A stretch of DNA of 51,998 nucleotides from an uncultured Thermoanaerobaculia bacterium (GCA_964595975.1 CAZQTL010000003.1:1-51998); one strand, 5' to 3'; positions 8,869 through 19,522 are shown, counted from the stretch's first letter. The notes: generated from the sequence alone by a model not told the origin. Made by a program: numbers and translations.

Positions 8869-11028
8869 CTATTTTCGCGCCCGCTTCTCGCGTCGACGCC
8901 GGGCGATCTCGGCCTGCGCCGCGCGCTCGACGGACGCCAGATCTTCGCGCAGGGTGGCGAGCGACTCTTCGCCGAGGACCTCGCCGGCGAAGCTCTCGCG
9001 GACGTAGCTCGTCACCACCCTTGCCGCTGCCGGCGCGGCCTCCGGCAAGCGGCGCCGCGCGAACTCGGCCAGGGCGAGCGGACCGAGCCAGGACGGCAGC
9101 CCGAGTCCGGCGCCCGCGAGCGTCGCCCGCAGGGCGAGATAGGCGCGGGTGGCACTCCATGCCTCCTTGCGCCGCAGCAGGAGGAAGATCCCGACGGCGG
9201 CGACGAGCAGAGCTCCGGCGACCGCCCAGAGCCGCGGGTCGCGCCACAGCGGCGTGGCCTCGGCGGCGACTGCGGCGGCGGGGGCCGCCGGACCTTCGGG
9301 CGCGGTCGCTGCCGGCGCCGGCCCGCGCGGGCCGCGAGTCGCCCGGAAGAGATCGTGGGTGAACCGCTCCCAGATCGTCCGCAGACGGAAGAAGATGCCG
9401 ACCTGGTCGGCGAAATCGAACGAGATGACGTAGCGGTCCCAGCGGAAGAGGACGAACTCCCACGCCTCGCGCACCGACCCGACGAGGCTCTCCGGCTCGC
9501 TGCTCGGCCGGCCGGACGGCGGCGTCGGGTCGAAGGTCTGCCATCCGGTGCCGGGCAGGTAGGCCTCGACCCAGGCGTGCGCGTTCGACTGCCGCACGAC
9601 CCAGGCTCCCTCCCACGGAGCGAACTCGGCGCCGAGGAAGCCGGTGACCAGGCGCGCCGGAATCCCCTGCGACCGCAGCAGGAGCACCATGGCGGAGGCG
9701 AAATACTCGCAGTGTCCGCGCCGGGCCTCGAGGAGGAAGAACTCGATCGGCCGCTCCCCTCCCCGGCCGATGAACTCGAGGGTATAGGCATAGTCGAGCT
9801 GCAGGCGCCGCTCGATCCGGCTGGCCCGCTCGCCGGGTCCGCCGCTCCCCGCCCATCTCGCCGCCAGGTCGGTGATCGGCGGCGTGACGCCGGAGAGATC
9901 GAGCGCTTCGTCGCCGGGCCCTGGAGGGTCGGCGAGCGAGTGTTCGCCGGCGCCGAGCTCGACCTTGTAGTCGAGGATCGCCCCCGGCATTCCCTTGAGC
10001 GACAGGGCGCCGCCGCGATCGAGGTCGAGCATCGCCAGATCGAGGTCCACCGCCAGCGTCTCCAGGGGAACGATCAGACTCGTCGACCGCAGCGGTTCGA
10101 GGGCGATCTGCACCGATCCCGCGCGCGCGCCGGACGCCAGACGGAAGAAGCCCTCGCGGGGATTGCGCCGCAGGGCGCGGCTCACGCCGCTGCGACGCCA
10201 GGTGCGACCCTGCCAGACGTCGTAGGTCGCCGCCTTGAAGCGCATCGCCGCTGGCGGCGAGGAGGCGCCGGTGAAGGAGAGCCGCATCGCGATCTGGCGG
10301 TTGTCGCGGATGCGGCCGATGAGGTCGAGGCTCATCGCGTCCGAGAATCCCGCCCGCGCCTCCTGCGGGCCGCCCCGGCCGCCGGGACCGAGAATGTAGG
10401 GCGAACGCATTCGCGGCAGCAGGGTGAAGAACGGCACCGCCAGCAGCAGCGTGGCCGCGACGGCGCCCACCAGAAAGGCGCGCAGCGGCAGCTGCGGCGG
10501 CTCGAGATCGCGATGCCCGAAGCTCGCCAGGACGTGCAGGTAGACGAAACGCACCATCAGCACGACGGTCAGGCTGAGGAAGACGATCAGGTAGAGGACC
10601 ACCGACGGATGCACGCTGGTCGCCATCGCGGCGAGGAAGAGGAAGAAAATCCCCATCCAGGTCTGCCACTTCTGCTTCTCCTCGCGCAGGGACCAGAGCT
10701 TGGCGGCGACCGCGAACAGCGCCAGGTGGAGGATCGGCCGCAGCATCTGGACGCGGCCCGTGGCGACGATGTCGAGGACCAGCACCGGCAGGTAGCCGAG
10801 TCCGAGCAGGTTCAGCGAACGGTTGGAGAGCCAGCGTCCGCTGTCCTCGGAACCGTGGAGATCCGCGGCTCCGTCCCCGCCGCGGGCGGCGCGCACCAGA
10901 AAGACGCAGACCAGCGCCTCGAACAGGAGGAGCACGGGCCACTCGACCATCTGGTTGAACGGCAGCGGCAGCGGCGCGAGCAGCGCCGAGAGGCCGAGCA
11001 GCAGGCGCTTCTCGCGGGCGTAGGTCAC
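8869..11028 (-). CDS. Transglutaminase-like membrane protein (TgpA-like; DUF3488 N-terminus, transglutaminase core, DUF4129-like C-terminus)
   Basis: About 719 aa from GTG 11028, which lies 10 nt after the DUF58 stop. It has multiple N-terminal TM helices and a Cys-His-Asp core context ([43 protein letters not shown]). A late TM helix is followed by a helical tail. The start is not certain. Confidence 0.78.
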   Translation of the reverse strand: MTYAREKRLLLGLSALLAPLPLPFNQMVEWPVLLLFEALVCVFLVRAARGGDGAADLHGSEDSGRWLSNRSLNLLGLGYLPVLVLDIVATGRVQMLRPILHLALFAVAAKLWSLREEKQKWQTWMGIFFLFLAAMATSVHPSVVLYLIVFLSLTVVLMVRFVYLHVLASFGHRDLEPPQLPLRAFLVGAVAATLLLAVPFFTLLPRMRSPYILGPGGRGGPQEARAGFSDAMSLDLIGRIRDNRQIAMRLSFTGASSPPAAMRFKAATYDVWQGRTWRRSGVSRALRRNPREGFFRLASGARAGSVQIALEPLRSTSLIVPLETLAVDLDLAMLDLDRGGALSLKGMPGAILDYKVELGAGEHSLADPPGPGDEALDLSGVTPPITDLAARWAGSGGPGERASRIERRLQLDYAYTLEFIGRGGERPIEFFLLEARRGHCEYFASAMVLLLRSQGIPARLVTGFLGAEFAPWEGAWVVRQSNAHAWVEAYLPGTGWQTFDPTPPSGRPSSEPESLVGSVREAWEFVLFRWDRYVISFDFADQVGIFFRLRTIWERFTHDLFRATRGPRGPAPAATAPEGPAAPAAAVAAEATPLWRDPRLWAVAGALLVAAVGIFLLLRRKEAWSATRAYLALRATLAGAGLGLPSWLGPLALAEFARRRLPEAAPAAARVVTSYVRESFAGEVLGEESLATLREDLASVERAAQAEIARRRREKRARK

Positions 11029-11038
11029 GGCCAGGCGC

Positions 11039-12124
11039 TCACGCGCGCTCCGCGGCGAAAGCGAGGCGCAGGGAGCGGGCGCCCGGGTCGGACGAGCGCA
11101 GCTCGGTGCGCTGGCGCGGCCGTGGCTCGACGACGGCCAGCCGCTCCAGGATCGCCCGGCGGTGCCGGGCTCCGACGCCGAACGGCAGCGTGCCCTCGCG
11201 CGAGACCAGCTCGACCTCGTAGCCGCGCTCCAGGTGATCCACGGCGGCGGTCGCCGCCTCGCTGACCAGATGCTCGAAGCGCTCCTCCGCCGCCGCGTCG
11301 GGCAGCCGGCCGGTGGCGTTGTCGAAGACGATCGAGAGCCGCCGGCTCTCTTCGCTCTCGCGCTCCATGAAGACCAGGGCGCCGGTCTGCGCCGACTTCT
11401 TCCAGTGAATGCCGCGCGGATCGTCGCCGGTCCGGTAATCGCGCAGGGCGTGGAGCTCATGCCCCCAACCGGGTCGCGGCGACGATTCGTCGCCGGCGAG
11501 TCCGGTCGGATGGACCTCGAGCCCGGCGGCGGCGAAGAGCTCGGGGAAGACCAGCAGCTCCAGCTCCAGCGGGATCCGCATACCCTTGCGAAAGAGGCCC
11601 AGGGGGAAGAGCGACGAGAAGTGGGCGGCTTCGAGACGGTGCCGGCCGCGCCGTGGCAGCAGCAGCTCGAGATTGCCGCGCGCACTCCTGCCGGCAGGCA
11701 GATGCGGCACCAGCCGTGCCGGACCCTTGACGGTGACCGAGAAGAGCAGCAGCCAGCGCGACCATCGCCGGCTGCGGTTGGAGATCGTGAACGGCAGCGC
11801 AAAGGGCCGCCGGGCGAACAGGTCTCCCGGCGGCTCGACGCCGACCGCCAGACCCTGCAGGTTCATTCGCGACACGACGCCGGAAACCACCAGCATGGCG
11901 AGCATGCAGGCGAGCACCAGGTAGAGCGCGTTGTTGCCGGTGTTGGTCGCCGCCGCCGCGACGACCACGGTGAGCAGCACGAACCAGAGTCCGACCTTGG
12001 TGATGCGGATACCCTCGGGGATGCCGCGCCGGGCGCGGGCCTCGATCAGCCGCCTCCAGAGCCCGGCCACGGCGCGGCCGGCGCCGGGGGCGCGGGCTTC
12101 GGCGGCGCCAGGAGGCCGGGCCAC
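11039..12124 (-). CDS. DUF58 domain protein (vWA-like partner of MoxR)
   Basis: 361 aa. It has two N-terminal TM helices and the family signature LRDYRTGDDPRGIHWKKSA. It sits between the MoxR and TgpA-like genes. Confidence 0.85.
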   Translation of the reverse strand: MARPPGAAEARAPGAGRAVAGLWRRLIEARARRGIPEGIRITKVGLWFVLLTVVVAAAATNTGNNALYLVLACMLAMLVVSGVVSRMNLQGLAVGVEPPGDLFARRPFALPFTISNRSRRWSRWLLLFSVTVKGPARLVPHLPAGRSARGNLELLLPRRGRHRLEAAHFSSLFPLGLFRKGMRIPLELELLVFPELFAAAGLEVHPTGLAGDESSPRPGWGHELHALRDYRTGDDPRGIHWKKSAQTGALVFMERESEESRRLSIVFDNATGRLPDAAAEERFEHLVSEAATAAVDHLERGYEVELVSREGTLPFGVGARHRRAILERLAVVEPRPRQRTELRSSDPGARSLRLAFAAERA

Positions 12125-12132
12125 GGGCGCGC

Positions 12133-13116
12133 TCAGATCGGCAGCGGAGTGCCGTGAACCAGAACTTCGACCGCCCGGCGGGCGGCCTCGAGCCCGCTCG
12201 CGCCGCGCCGCAGGACGACCCGGTGCGCGAGCACCGCCGGCGCGAGCCGCTGGATGTCGTCCGGCACGGCGAAGTCGCGGCCTTCGAAGAGCGCCAGCGC
12301 CTGCGCCGCGCGGTACAGGCCGAGCGCGCCGCGAGTCGAGATGCCGAGCTGGAATTCCTCGTTGCGCCGCGTCGCCTCGGCGAGGGCGAGGATGTAGTCG
12401 GCGAGCTTCTCGGCGACCTGGACGCGCTGCACTCGCTGCTGCAGCTCGCGCACCTCGTCGGCGGAGACCACGACTTCGAGCCCCTCGAGCTCGCGCTCGA
12501 CGCCGCCGGAGAGCAGGAGCTCGCGCTCCGCGGCGCGCGCCGGATAGCCCAGACGCAGCGACATTTCGAAGCGGTCGAGCTGCGACTCCGGGAGCGGAAA
12601 CGTCCCCAGGTACTCGTGCGGATTCTGTGTCGCGAGGACGAGGAAGGGCTCGGGCAGCGGCAGCCGCTGGCGCTCGATCGACACCTTGCGCTCGCTCATC
12701 GCTTCGAGCAGCGCCGACTGGGTCTTGGGCGTCGCGCGATTGATCTCGTCGGCGAGCACGATGTTGGCAAACAGGGGCCCGGGCACGAACTCGAAGCGCT
12801 CCTGGCGCTGCTGGAACACCGAAACGCCGAGAATGTCCGACGGCAGCAGGTCGCTGGTGAACTGGATGCGCTGGAACTCGAGCCCGAGCGAACGGGCGAG
12901 GGCCTGGGCGAGCGTCGTCTTGCCGACCCCCGGCACGTCCTCGATCAGCATGTGACCGCGCGCCAGCAGACAGACGATCGCCAGGCGCACCGCCTCGGAG
13001 TTGCCCTTGTAGACCCGGCCGATGTTCGCCTCGAGACGGGCGAGCGGACCGGCACCTTCGCCGGCGGAGAGCCTCCCACCCGCCGGGATTCTGGATTCGG
13101 AACCGGAGATCGTCAC
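12133..13116 (-). CDS. MoxR-family AAA+ ATPase
   Basis: 327 aa from GTG 13116, in a GTGA overlap with the GT2 stop. It has Walker [13 protein letters not shown], Walker [25 protein letters not shown], and [25 protein letters not shown]. Confidence 0.9.
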   Translation of the reverse strand: MTISGSESRIPAGGRLSAGEGAGPLARLEANIGRVYKGNSEAVRLAIVCLLARGHMLIEDVPGVGKTTLAQALARSLGLEFQRIQFTSDLLPSDILGVSVFQQRQERFEFVPGPLFANIVLADEINRATPKTQSALLEAMSERKVSIERQRLPLPEPFLVLATQNPHEYLGTFPLPESQLDRFEMSLRLGYPARAAERELLLSGGVERELEGLEVVVSADEVRELQQRVQRVQVAEKLADYILALAEATRRNEEFQLGISTRGALGLYRAAQALALFEGRDFAVPDDIQRLAPAVLAHRVVLRRGASGLEAARRAVEVLVHGTPLPI

Positions 13117-13829
13117 CGGAAGAGATTGTAGCGGACGATCGCCCACAAGGCCGCGAAGCCGTCCTTCCAGCCGATCTTCTTGCCTTCGGCGTAGGTGCGG
13201 CCGTGGTACGAGATCGGCACCTCGTAGATCCGCGCCCGCATGCGGGAGAAGCGCGCCGTGAGCTCGGGCTCGATGCCGAAGCGGTTGGACCGCAGCACGA
13301 CCCCGTCGAGGAGCCCGCGGCGAAAGAGCTTGTAGCAGGTTTCCATGTCCGACAGGTTCAGATCGGAGAACATGTTCGAGATCGTGGTGAGGAACTGGTT
13401 GCCGAGAAAATGCCAGTAGAACAGCACCCGGTGCGGACCGCCGGCGAACCGGGAACCGAAGACCACGTCGGCGCCGTTCTCGAGAACCGGCTGCAGGAGC
13501 TTGGCGTAGTCGCGCGGGTCGTACTCGAGGTCGGCGTCCTGGACGACGATCCACTCTCCGCGCGCTTCGGCGAAGCCGCGCCGCAACGCGGCACCCTTGC
13601 CCTGGTTCCGCGGCTGCTCGAAGAACCGCAGCGGCGGAGCCCCGGGCGGTCGCGTCGCGACGAGCTCGCGCAGGAGAGTCCGCGTGCCGTCGGTCGAGCC
13701 GTCGTCGACCACCACGATCTCCAGCCCGACGCCGGCGGGCAGGGGCGCTGCCTCGACCCGGCGGAGGAGCTCCACGATCGTCCGCTCCTCGTTGAAGGCC
13801 GGAATCACGACCGACAGCATGCGCATCAT
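13113..13829 (-). CDS. Family 2 glycosyltransferase (polyprenyl-phosphate sugar synthase type, Dpm1/ArnC/CsbB-like)
   Basis: 238 aa from ATG 13829. Motifs are [29 protein letters not shown] and a C-terminal amphipathic tail. The remaining 1000+ aa of the track ORF are antisense artefact. Confidence 0.85.
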   Translation of the reverse strand: MMRMLSVVIPAFNEERTIVELLRRVEAAPLPAGVGLEIVVVDDGSTDGTRTLLRELVATRPPGAPPLRFFEQPRNQGKGAALRRGFAEARGEWIVVQDADLEYDPRDYAKLLQPVLENGADVVFGSRFAGGPHRVLFYWHFLGNQFLTTISNMFSDLNLSDMETCYKLFRRGLLDGVVLRSNRFGIEPELTARFSRMRARIYEVPISYHGRTYAEGKKIGWKDGFAALWAIVRYNLFR

Positions 13830-13866
13830 GGCGGGCAAGCCTATCGCGGCCGAGGGTCGGTTCTCA

Positions 13867-13895
13867 TTGACAAGCGCTTCGACAGGCCTTAGCTT
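13867..13895 (+). promoter_or_regulatory. Sigma70-like promoter for the metalloprotease gene
   Basis: TTGACA (13867-13872), a 17-nt spacer, then TAGCTT (13890-13895). GGAG follows 9 nt before ATG 13935. It stands out in otherwise GC-rich DNA. Confidence 0.42.
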
Positions 13896-13934
13896 GCCCC
13901 CTCGGTCCTGAATTTGCATCCGGAGCTCACGCCT

Positions 13935-15935
13935 ATGCCCTCTCGCGCACGCAAAACCCGGTTCGGACGGATCTTCCTCGCCCTGCTGCTCGCCGCGACC
14001 GCGGCGGCGGAGGCCACCAGCGTCAAGCTCATCAACGACTTCCGGCTGGTCGACCAGGCGCCGATCGCGATCGTCGCCCGGGTCGCCGGCACCGTCCCCG
14101 CGCCAGCGCTCGACCGGCCGGTCACCGACTACCTGATGACCGTCGAGCGGGTCCTCAAGGGGACGGTGGACGAGAGCACCGTTCTGGTGCGCGTCCCGGG
14201 CGGACGCGCCGCGAACGGCATGGAGCTCAAGATCTGGGGGGCACCGGTCTTCGGAGAAGGCGAGCGCGCGCTGCTCTTTCTCGGCCGGCATGCCGACGGC
14301 ACCTATCGCATTCTGCACCTGATGCTCGGCGCCTTTCGAGAAGGGGTCATCGCCGGGCATGCCGTCGCCTATCGCGATCTTTCCGAAGTGGATGTCCTCG
14401 ACGGCGCCGAGGCCCGGGCGGGCGAGAACCGCAAGGTGCGCGACTTCGACCGCTTCGCCGACTGGATCGCCGACCGGGCGGCCGCGCGTCTCGAGATGCC
14501 GGACTACTACCTCTCTCTCCCCGCCGGGAGCCAGAACTCGCTGCTGCCCATGTTCACCCTGCTGGGCGACAGCGGGCGCAACTCGCGCTGGTTCGAGTTC
14601 GATTCCGGCGGCCAGATCACCTGGCGCATCGACGGCGACGCGCTCGCCGGCTACAGCGCCAACCCTTCGGACGCCTTCCGCAACGCGCTCGCAGCCTGGA
14701 ACGCCGAGTCGCATACGCCGATCAAGTACAGCCTGGCCGGCACCTCCGGGCTGACCGCCGGATTCGACCACTTCGACGGCCAGAACGTGTTGCTGTTCGA
14801 AGATCCCAACAATGACGTCGAAGGCAACTTCAGCTGCTCCACCGGCGGCACGCTGGCGGTCGGCGGGCCGTGGTTCGATCCCGACACCACCGGCCGGTGG
14901 AACAACGAGACCTTCATTCGCATCCAGGGCGCCGACATCGTCCTCAACGACGGCATACGCTGCTTCTTCGAGCGCTCCTCCAACCCCGTCAAGGCCCTCG
15001 AGGAGCTCCTCGCGCACGAGTCCGGGCATACGCTCGGCCTCGGTCACTCGAGTGAGAACCCGAACGAGACGAACGCCGCGCTCCGCGACGCCCTGATGTA
15101 CTACCGCATCCACAACGACGGCCGCGGCGCCCGGTTGACGAGCGACGACATCAACGGCCTCCGCCGTCTCTACGACCGGACGTTCACCAGCGGCGGCGGC
15201 GGGGGGGGCGGCGGCGGCAACGGCGGCTGTCCGGCGGGGAACCTCTGCCTGGTCGGCGGGCGCTTCCGCGTCTCGGCGACCTGGAACAGCCAGTTCGACG
15301 GCGCCAGCGGCTCCGCGGGAGCGATCAGGAACACCGACGTCGCCGGCTTCCTCTACTTCACCGACCCGAACAACATCGAGCTCATCGTCAAGGTGCTCGA
15401 CTTCGGCGACCGCGTGCTCTTTTTCTACGGCCAGCTGACCAACCTGCGCTTCACCATCAGCGTCCTCGATACCCGAACCGGAGTCACCAAGACCTACCAG
15501 AACACCGCCGGCGACTGCGGCGGGCTGGACAACAACATGGCGACTTCGAGCGCGATCTTCGAGACCTCGCCCGTGGACGGCTCGCCGACCCTTCTCGAGA
15601 CCGCCTCGTGCCAGAGCAGCGCCAACGCCGTCTGCCTGGTGAACAACCGCTTCCGGCTGGAGCTCGACTGGTCGAACCAGTTCGACTCGACGAGCGGACG
15701 CGGCGTCGGCAAGAAGCTCTCCGATCTGACCGCGGCCTTCTCGTTCACCGACCCGGCGAACCTCGAGGTGCTGGTGAAGACGCTCGACTTCGGCGACCAT
15801 GTCCTCGTCTTGTACGGGACACTGTCGAACCTCGCCTATACGCTGCGGATCACCGAGACGACGACCGGCCGCGTCAAGACGTACGTCAACGCCGCCAACA
15901 ACTACTGCGGCGGCCTGGACAGCAACGCCTTCTGA
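13935..15935 (+). CDS. Secreted zinc metalloprotease (metzincin/matrixin-like) with two tandem C-terminal Cys-framed domains
   Basis: Signal peptide [27 protein letters not shown] (an alternative TTG start lies at 13914). It has the [11 protein letters not shown] zinc motif with a downstream Met-turn candidate (ALMYY). A Gly9 linker is followed by two ~105-aa homologous repeats. Confidence 0.78.
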   Translation: MPSRARKTRFGRIFLALLLAATAAAEATSVKLINDFRLVDQAPIAIVARVAGTVPAPALDRPVTDYLMTVERVLKGTVDESTVLVRVPGGRAANGMELKIWGAPVFGEGERALLFLGRHADGTYRILHLMLGAFREGVIAGHAVAYRDLSEVDVLDGAEARAGENRKVRDFDRFADWIADRAAARLEMPDYYLSLPAGSQNSLLPMFTLLGDSGRNSRWFEFDSGGQITWRIDGDALAGYSANPSDAFRNALAAWNAESHTPIKYSLAGTSGLTAGFDHFDGQNVLLFEDPNNDVEGNFSCSTGGTLAVGGPWFDPDTTGRWNNETFIRIQGADIVLNDGIRCFFERSSNPVKALEELLAHESGHTLGLGHSSENPNETNAALRDALMYYRIHNDGRGARLTSDDINGLRRLYDRTFTSGGGGGGGGGNGGCPAGNLCLVGGRFRVSATWNSQFDGASGSAGAIRNTDVAGFLYFTDPNNIELIVKVLDFGDRVLFFYGQLTNLRFTISVLDTRTGVTKTYQNTAGDCGGLDNNMATSSAIFETSPVDGSPTLLETASCQSSANAVCLVNNRFRLELDWSNQFDSTSGRGVGKKLSDLTAAFSFTDPANLEVLVKTLDFGDHVLVLYGTLSNLAYTLRITETTTGRVKTYVNAANNYCGGLDSNAF

Positions 15936-17488
15936 GGCGGCGACCCGCCGTCGCGCGCGCGCCACGCGACGGCGACCGCCAGTCCGAGAGCCAGCGCGGC
16001 GACGGCGAAGCAGCCGCGCGTCCAGTCGAGCAGGGCGTGCGAACCGTAGTGCTCGAAGGCGAAGTCCGGGAAGCGCGGACCGGACGCCGGCTTGCCGGCT
16101 TCGCCGAGGGCGCTCCTGCCGAGGAGCTTCGACGTCGCCACCGCCGCGGCCTGCGGCAGCAGCTCGAGCGCCTGCAGGAGCGGCGATTCCCGGAGCCGCC
16201 AGCCGCCCTCCGCGAGCGCGGATTTCGACCAGGAGAGCGGTGCGTCGACGTCGCTGAAGGGCACCAGCAGGGGCGTCACCGATACGATCAGACTGGCGGC
16301 GACCAGAGCGACGATCGCCGTCCGCCAGCCCTTTCCGCGTCGCCACCGGGCGAAGACCTCCGCCGCGGGCAGGATCCAGAGCGGCAGGAGCGGCACCAGG
16401 AAGCGCGGCCCCCAGCTCCCCCCGCCGAACCACTGGTAGTAGCGCGAGATCAACAGCAGCCAGGCGGCGCTCGCCGCCAGAATCGCCAGCGCACAACCGC
16501 GATCCCGCCGCCAGAAAGCCCGCGCCCCCAGCAACGAGAGGAGCAGCAGCGGGCAGTACCAGAGGACCCCCTTCGCCGGTGATGCCAGCAGCCCGAGGAA
16601 TCCGACCGCGAACACCGCCGTGAAGTTCCCCGCCTCGCGGCCGTAGCCGGTCTCGAAGGCGCTGCCGAAGCGATTCCAGTTGTAGGTCGCGATCGCGGCC
16701 AGCCAGATCGAAAAGCCAAAGCTCCAGGAAAGGGAGTGTTGGACGAGTCCGCGTCGACGAGCTCGACGCCAGCCGAGGACGGCGGCGCAGAAAAACAGCG
16801 GCACGACGATGACGACATGGGCGACCTTCGTCGACACCGCCAGTCCGGCGGCGAATCCGGAGATCGCGAGCCAGCAACGCTCCGCGACCGCCCCCTTTAC
16901 CGAGCTGTTGCCTTTCGCCTTGAGGAGTCCAAGAACGGCGACCGCGAGGCAGAAAGCCGAGAGAGGTTCGGACAAGAAGGTGCTGGAGTAATGCGCCATC
17001 AGTGTGCCTGAGCCCAGGCAGAGAGCAGTCATCAGGGAGACCAGCAGCGGGTAGCCGAGCTCGACCGCGAGCAGGAACGTCACGGCGACGGCCGCGCCGC
17101 CGATCGCGGCGTTGGCCAGACCGGTTCCGAAAACCGTCGGACCGGTGCGCAGATTGCCGAACGCGTCGGCGGTGGCCGGGAGCTCGAAGGCGTCGAACAG
17201 CCGATGACTTGCGCCGTAGAACGGCAGGGCGACCAGCGAGGGAGCGATGCCGTACTTGGCGTACCCGCGGCCATCGCTTCCCCGAGCCGGAAAAGCGATG
17301 TCGTCACGCGTCGATCGGGAGGTCACCGCGACCTCGCCGCGGTCCCAGATCGCCGCGGTCACCTGGTACATCAGGATGTCGTCGCCGAAGATGAAGACAC
17401 CGCGGCTGGTGCCGGCGTAGAACGCCGAGAAGGCGAGGCCCAGCAACGCGGCGATCAGGGGGACGGGGCCGGAGCGGACGGGGCGCAT
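15902..17488 (-). CDS. GT-C fold membrane glycosyltransferase (GT39 / ArnT / PMT-like)
   Basis: 528 aa with more than 10 predicted TM helices. An acidic motif (FGDDILMY) sits in the first loop and there is a periplasmic C-terminal part. Its 3' end overlaps the convergent protease gene by 34 nt. Confidence 0.7.
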   Translation of the reverse strand: MRPVRSGPVPLIAALLGLAFSAFYAGTSRGVFIFGDDILMYQVTAAIWDRGEVAVTSRSTRDDIAFPARGSDGRGYAKYGIAPSLVALPFYGASHRLFDAFELPATADAFGNLRTGPTVFGTGLANAAIGGAAVAVTFLLAVELGYPLLVSLMTALCLGSGTLMAHYSSTFLSEPLSAFCLAVAVLGLLKAKGNSSVKGAVAERCWLAISGFAAGLAVSTKVAHVVIVVPLFFCAAVLGWRRARRRGLVQHSLSWSFGFSIWLAAIATYNWNRFGSAFETGYGREAGNFTAVFAVGFLGLLASPAKGVLWYCPLLLLSLLGARAFWRRDRGCALAILAASAAWLLLISRYYQWFGGGSWGPRFLVPLLPLWILPAAEVFARWRRGKGWRTAIVALVAASLIVSVTPLLVPFSDVDAPLSWSKSALAEGGWRLRESPLLQALELLPQAAAVATSKLLGRSALGEAGKPASGPRFPDFAFEHYGSHALLDWTRGCFAVAALALGLAVAVAWRARDGGSPPQKALLSRPPQ

Positions 17489-17575
17489 GCGATTCGGAAT
17501 TCTGGTTTGCGGCGCAGCGCCGGAACGAGCCGCATCCTTTCACACCGGGGTCCGTCGGGTATCATCCGACGGTCG

Positions 17576-19522
17576 ATGCCGCCGCGTTCCGATGCGCCCG
17601 CCGCAGCCGCGCCAGCGATTCCGGGCGACACCTACCGGCCCGAGGTGGACGGTCTGCGCGCGGTCGCGGTACTCGCGGTTCTGCTCTTCCACGGCGGCGT
17701 CCCCGGCTTTCGCGGCGGCTTCGTCGGCGTCGATGTCTTCTTCGTCATCAGCGGCTACCTGATCACCCGGCTGATCCTGGGCGAGCTCGAAGCGGGGCGC
17801 TTCCGTTTCGGCCGCTTCTACGGACGGCGGGCGCGACGGCTCTTCCCGGCGATGTTCGCCACCCTCGCGGCCACCTTCGTCGCCAGTCTGTTCATCCTCT
17901 CGCCCTCGCACCTCCAGGAGGCGAGCCTGTCGCTGATTCACGCCCTGTTCTCGCTCTCGAACGTTCTGTTCTGGAGTCTCGCCGGCTACTTCGACACCGC
18001 CTCGGCGGCGAAACCCCTGCTCCACACCTGGTCGCTCGGGGTGGAGGAACAGTTCTACCTCGTCTGGCCGGCGTCGCTCTTCCTCGCCTATCGCTGGCGC
18101 AGACGCACCGGCGTGCTGGCGGTCATCGCCGTCGTCGGCGCTGCGAGTCTCGCCGCCGCAGAAGTCGCCGCCGGCCGGGCGCCCGACGCGGCGTTCTTCC
18201 TCACCCCCTTCCGCATGTGCGAGCTCGCCCTGGGCGGGCTCTGTCTCTGGCTCGAGTTCGGCGGCCGGCGAACGCTCTGGCTGCGTGATGGCGCGACCCT
18301 CGCCGGTCTGGCGCTGATCGGCTACGCTGTGGCGGTCTTCACGCCGGAGCACCGCTTTCCCGGCTTCGCCGCCATGGTTCCCTGCGGCGGCGCGGCGCTG
18401 GTCATCGTCGCCGGCCGCGGAAGGCTCGCCGGATTTCTCCTCGCCAATCGCCTGGCGGTCGGGATCGGCCTCATCTCCTACTCGCTCTACCTCGTCCACT
18501 GGCCGCTCTTCGTGCTGTCGCGCTACGGCCGCAGCGCGGAGCCCCCGCCGCGCGAGCGGGCGGCACTCATCGCCGTCGCCCTGCTGCTCGCGACAGCGAG
18601 CTACTTCTTCGTCGAGCGGCCGTTCCGCCGTCGCCGCGCCGACGGTCAGGGACTCTCCGACCCGGCCTTCGGACTGGCGTGCGCCGGGCTCGCCTGCACG
18701 CTCCTCCTGCCCGCTGTCTCCGCGATCGCGGCCGGCGGTTGGCCCGAACGGGTACCGGCCGGCCTGCGCGCCGCTGCCGCCGGGCTCGAAGCGATGAAGA
18801 AACGACACTTCGCCGACGCGGAGGCGCAGGACAAGATGCCCTTTCCTGCCCCCGGCCGGCGCAATGCGGTCATCGTCGGCGACAGCCATGGCGCCGACCT
18901 GCTGACGGCGCTGCTGAGCGCCCGGTCGCAGGTGAACTACCGCTTCCTCCACATCTTCTGGGACTGTCAGCCGATCCTCGGCCCGCGCCCCTATGGCGAA
19001 GGCACGCCGATCCGCTCGCGCGAAGCGGCCGAGACCTGCGCCCGGCAGGCCGAAGTGCTGCGCGACAACCCGGTGCTCGACGCCGCCGATCTCATCGTCA
19101 TCGCCAGCTCCTGGATCGACTACGGAATGGCCGGCCTGCCGGCGACGATTTACTACCTGAAGTCGCGCTACCGCGCCCGCGTGGTGATCGTCGGCGGCCG
19201 CTTCGCCTTCACCGAGCTCTCCTCGCTGCTGACGCAGGCGACGACCGTGGAGGAGGCCAACGAACGCTTCGACGCTGCCAAGGGCAAGTTCGGCATGAAG
19301 CAGGAGCTCGCCCGCCTCTCCGAGATCGCCGAGCAGGAGAAGGTGGACTTCATCGATCTGCGCCCCTTCACCTGCGACCCGATTCGCAAAGGCTGGTACT
19401 GCCCCCTGTTTCTCGGCGACGCCGAGCTCCAGTACTGGGATTCGAACCACTGGACCGAAGCCGGCGCCCGACGCGTCGGCGAGGCCCTCCGCGCCAGCGG
19501 TCAGTTCGACTACCTGTTCTGA
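17576..19522 (+). CDS. Acyltransferase family 3 membrane protein with C-terminal SGNH domain (OafA/YrhL-like O-acyltransferase)
   Basis: 648 aa from ATG 17576. N-terminal signature is EVDGLRAVAVLAVLLFH..GGFVGVDVFFVISGYLIT. It has about 10 TM helices and an SGNH-like tail (VIVGDSHGADL...WDSNHW). Confidence 0.82.
   Translation: MPPRSDAPAAAAPAIPGDTYRPEVDGLRAVAVLAVLLFHGGVPGFRGGFVGVDVFFVISGYLITRLILGELEAGRFRFGRFYGRRARRLFPAMFATLAATFVASLFILSPSHLQEASLSLIHALFSLSNVLFWSLAGYFDTASAAKPLLHTWSLGVEEQFYLVWPASLFLAYRWRRRTGVLAVIAVVGAASLAAAEVAAGRAPDAAFFLTPFRMCELALGGLCLWLEFGGRRTLWLRDGATLAGLALIGYAVAVFTPEHRFPGFAAMVPCGGAALVIVAGRGRLAGFLLANRLAVGIGLISYSLYLVHWPLFVLSRYGRSAEPPPRERAALIAVALLLATASYFFVERPFRRRRADGQGLSDPAFGLACAGLACTLLLPAVSAIAAGGWPERVPAGLRAAAAGLEAMKKRHFADAEAQDKMPFPAPGRRNAVIVGDSHGADLLTALLSARSQVNYRFLHIFWDCQPILGPRPYGEGTPIRSREAAETCARQAEVLRDNPVLDAADLIVIASSWIDYGMAGLPATIYYLKSRYRARVVIVGGRFAFTELSSLLTQATTVEEANERFDAAKGKFGMKQELARLSEIAEQEKVDFIDLRPFTCDPIRKGWYCPLFLGDAELQYWDSNHWTEAGARRVGEALRASGQFDYLF

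Noticed and set aside
7718-10942. 1074-aa minus-strand ORF in the track
   Set aside because: Only the last 354 codons (7718-8782) are FbaB. The upstream part is Arg/Pro/Gly-rich, low-complexity sequence that runs out of frame through the TgpA-like gene. This is a typical open alternative frame in very GC-rich DNA.
13113-16877. 1254-aa minus-strand ORF spanning the protease locus
   Set aside because: Only 13113-13829 is the GT2 gene. The remainder is antisense to the metalloprotease and out of frame with the GT-C gene, with no recognisable motifs and a biased Arg/Ala/Gly composition.
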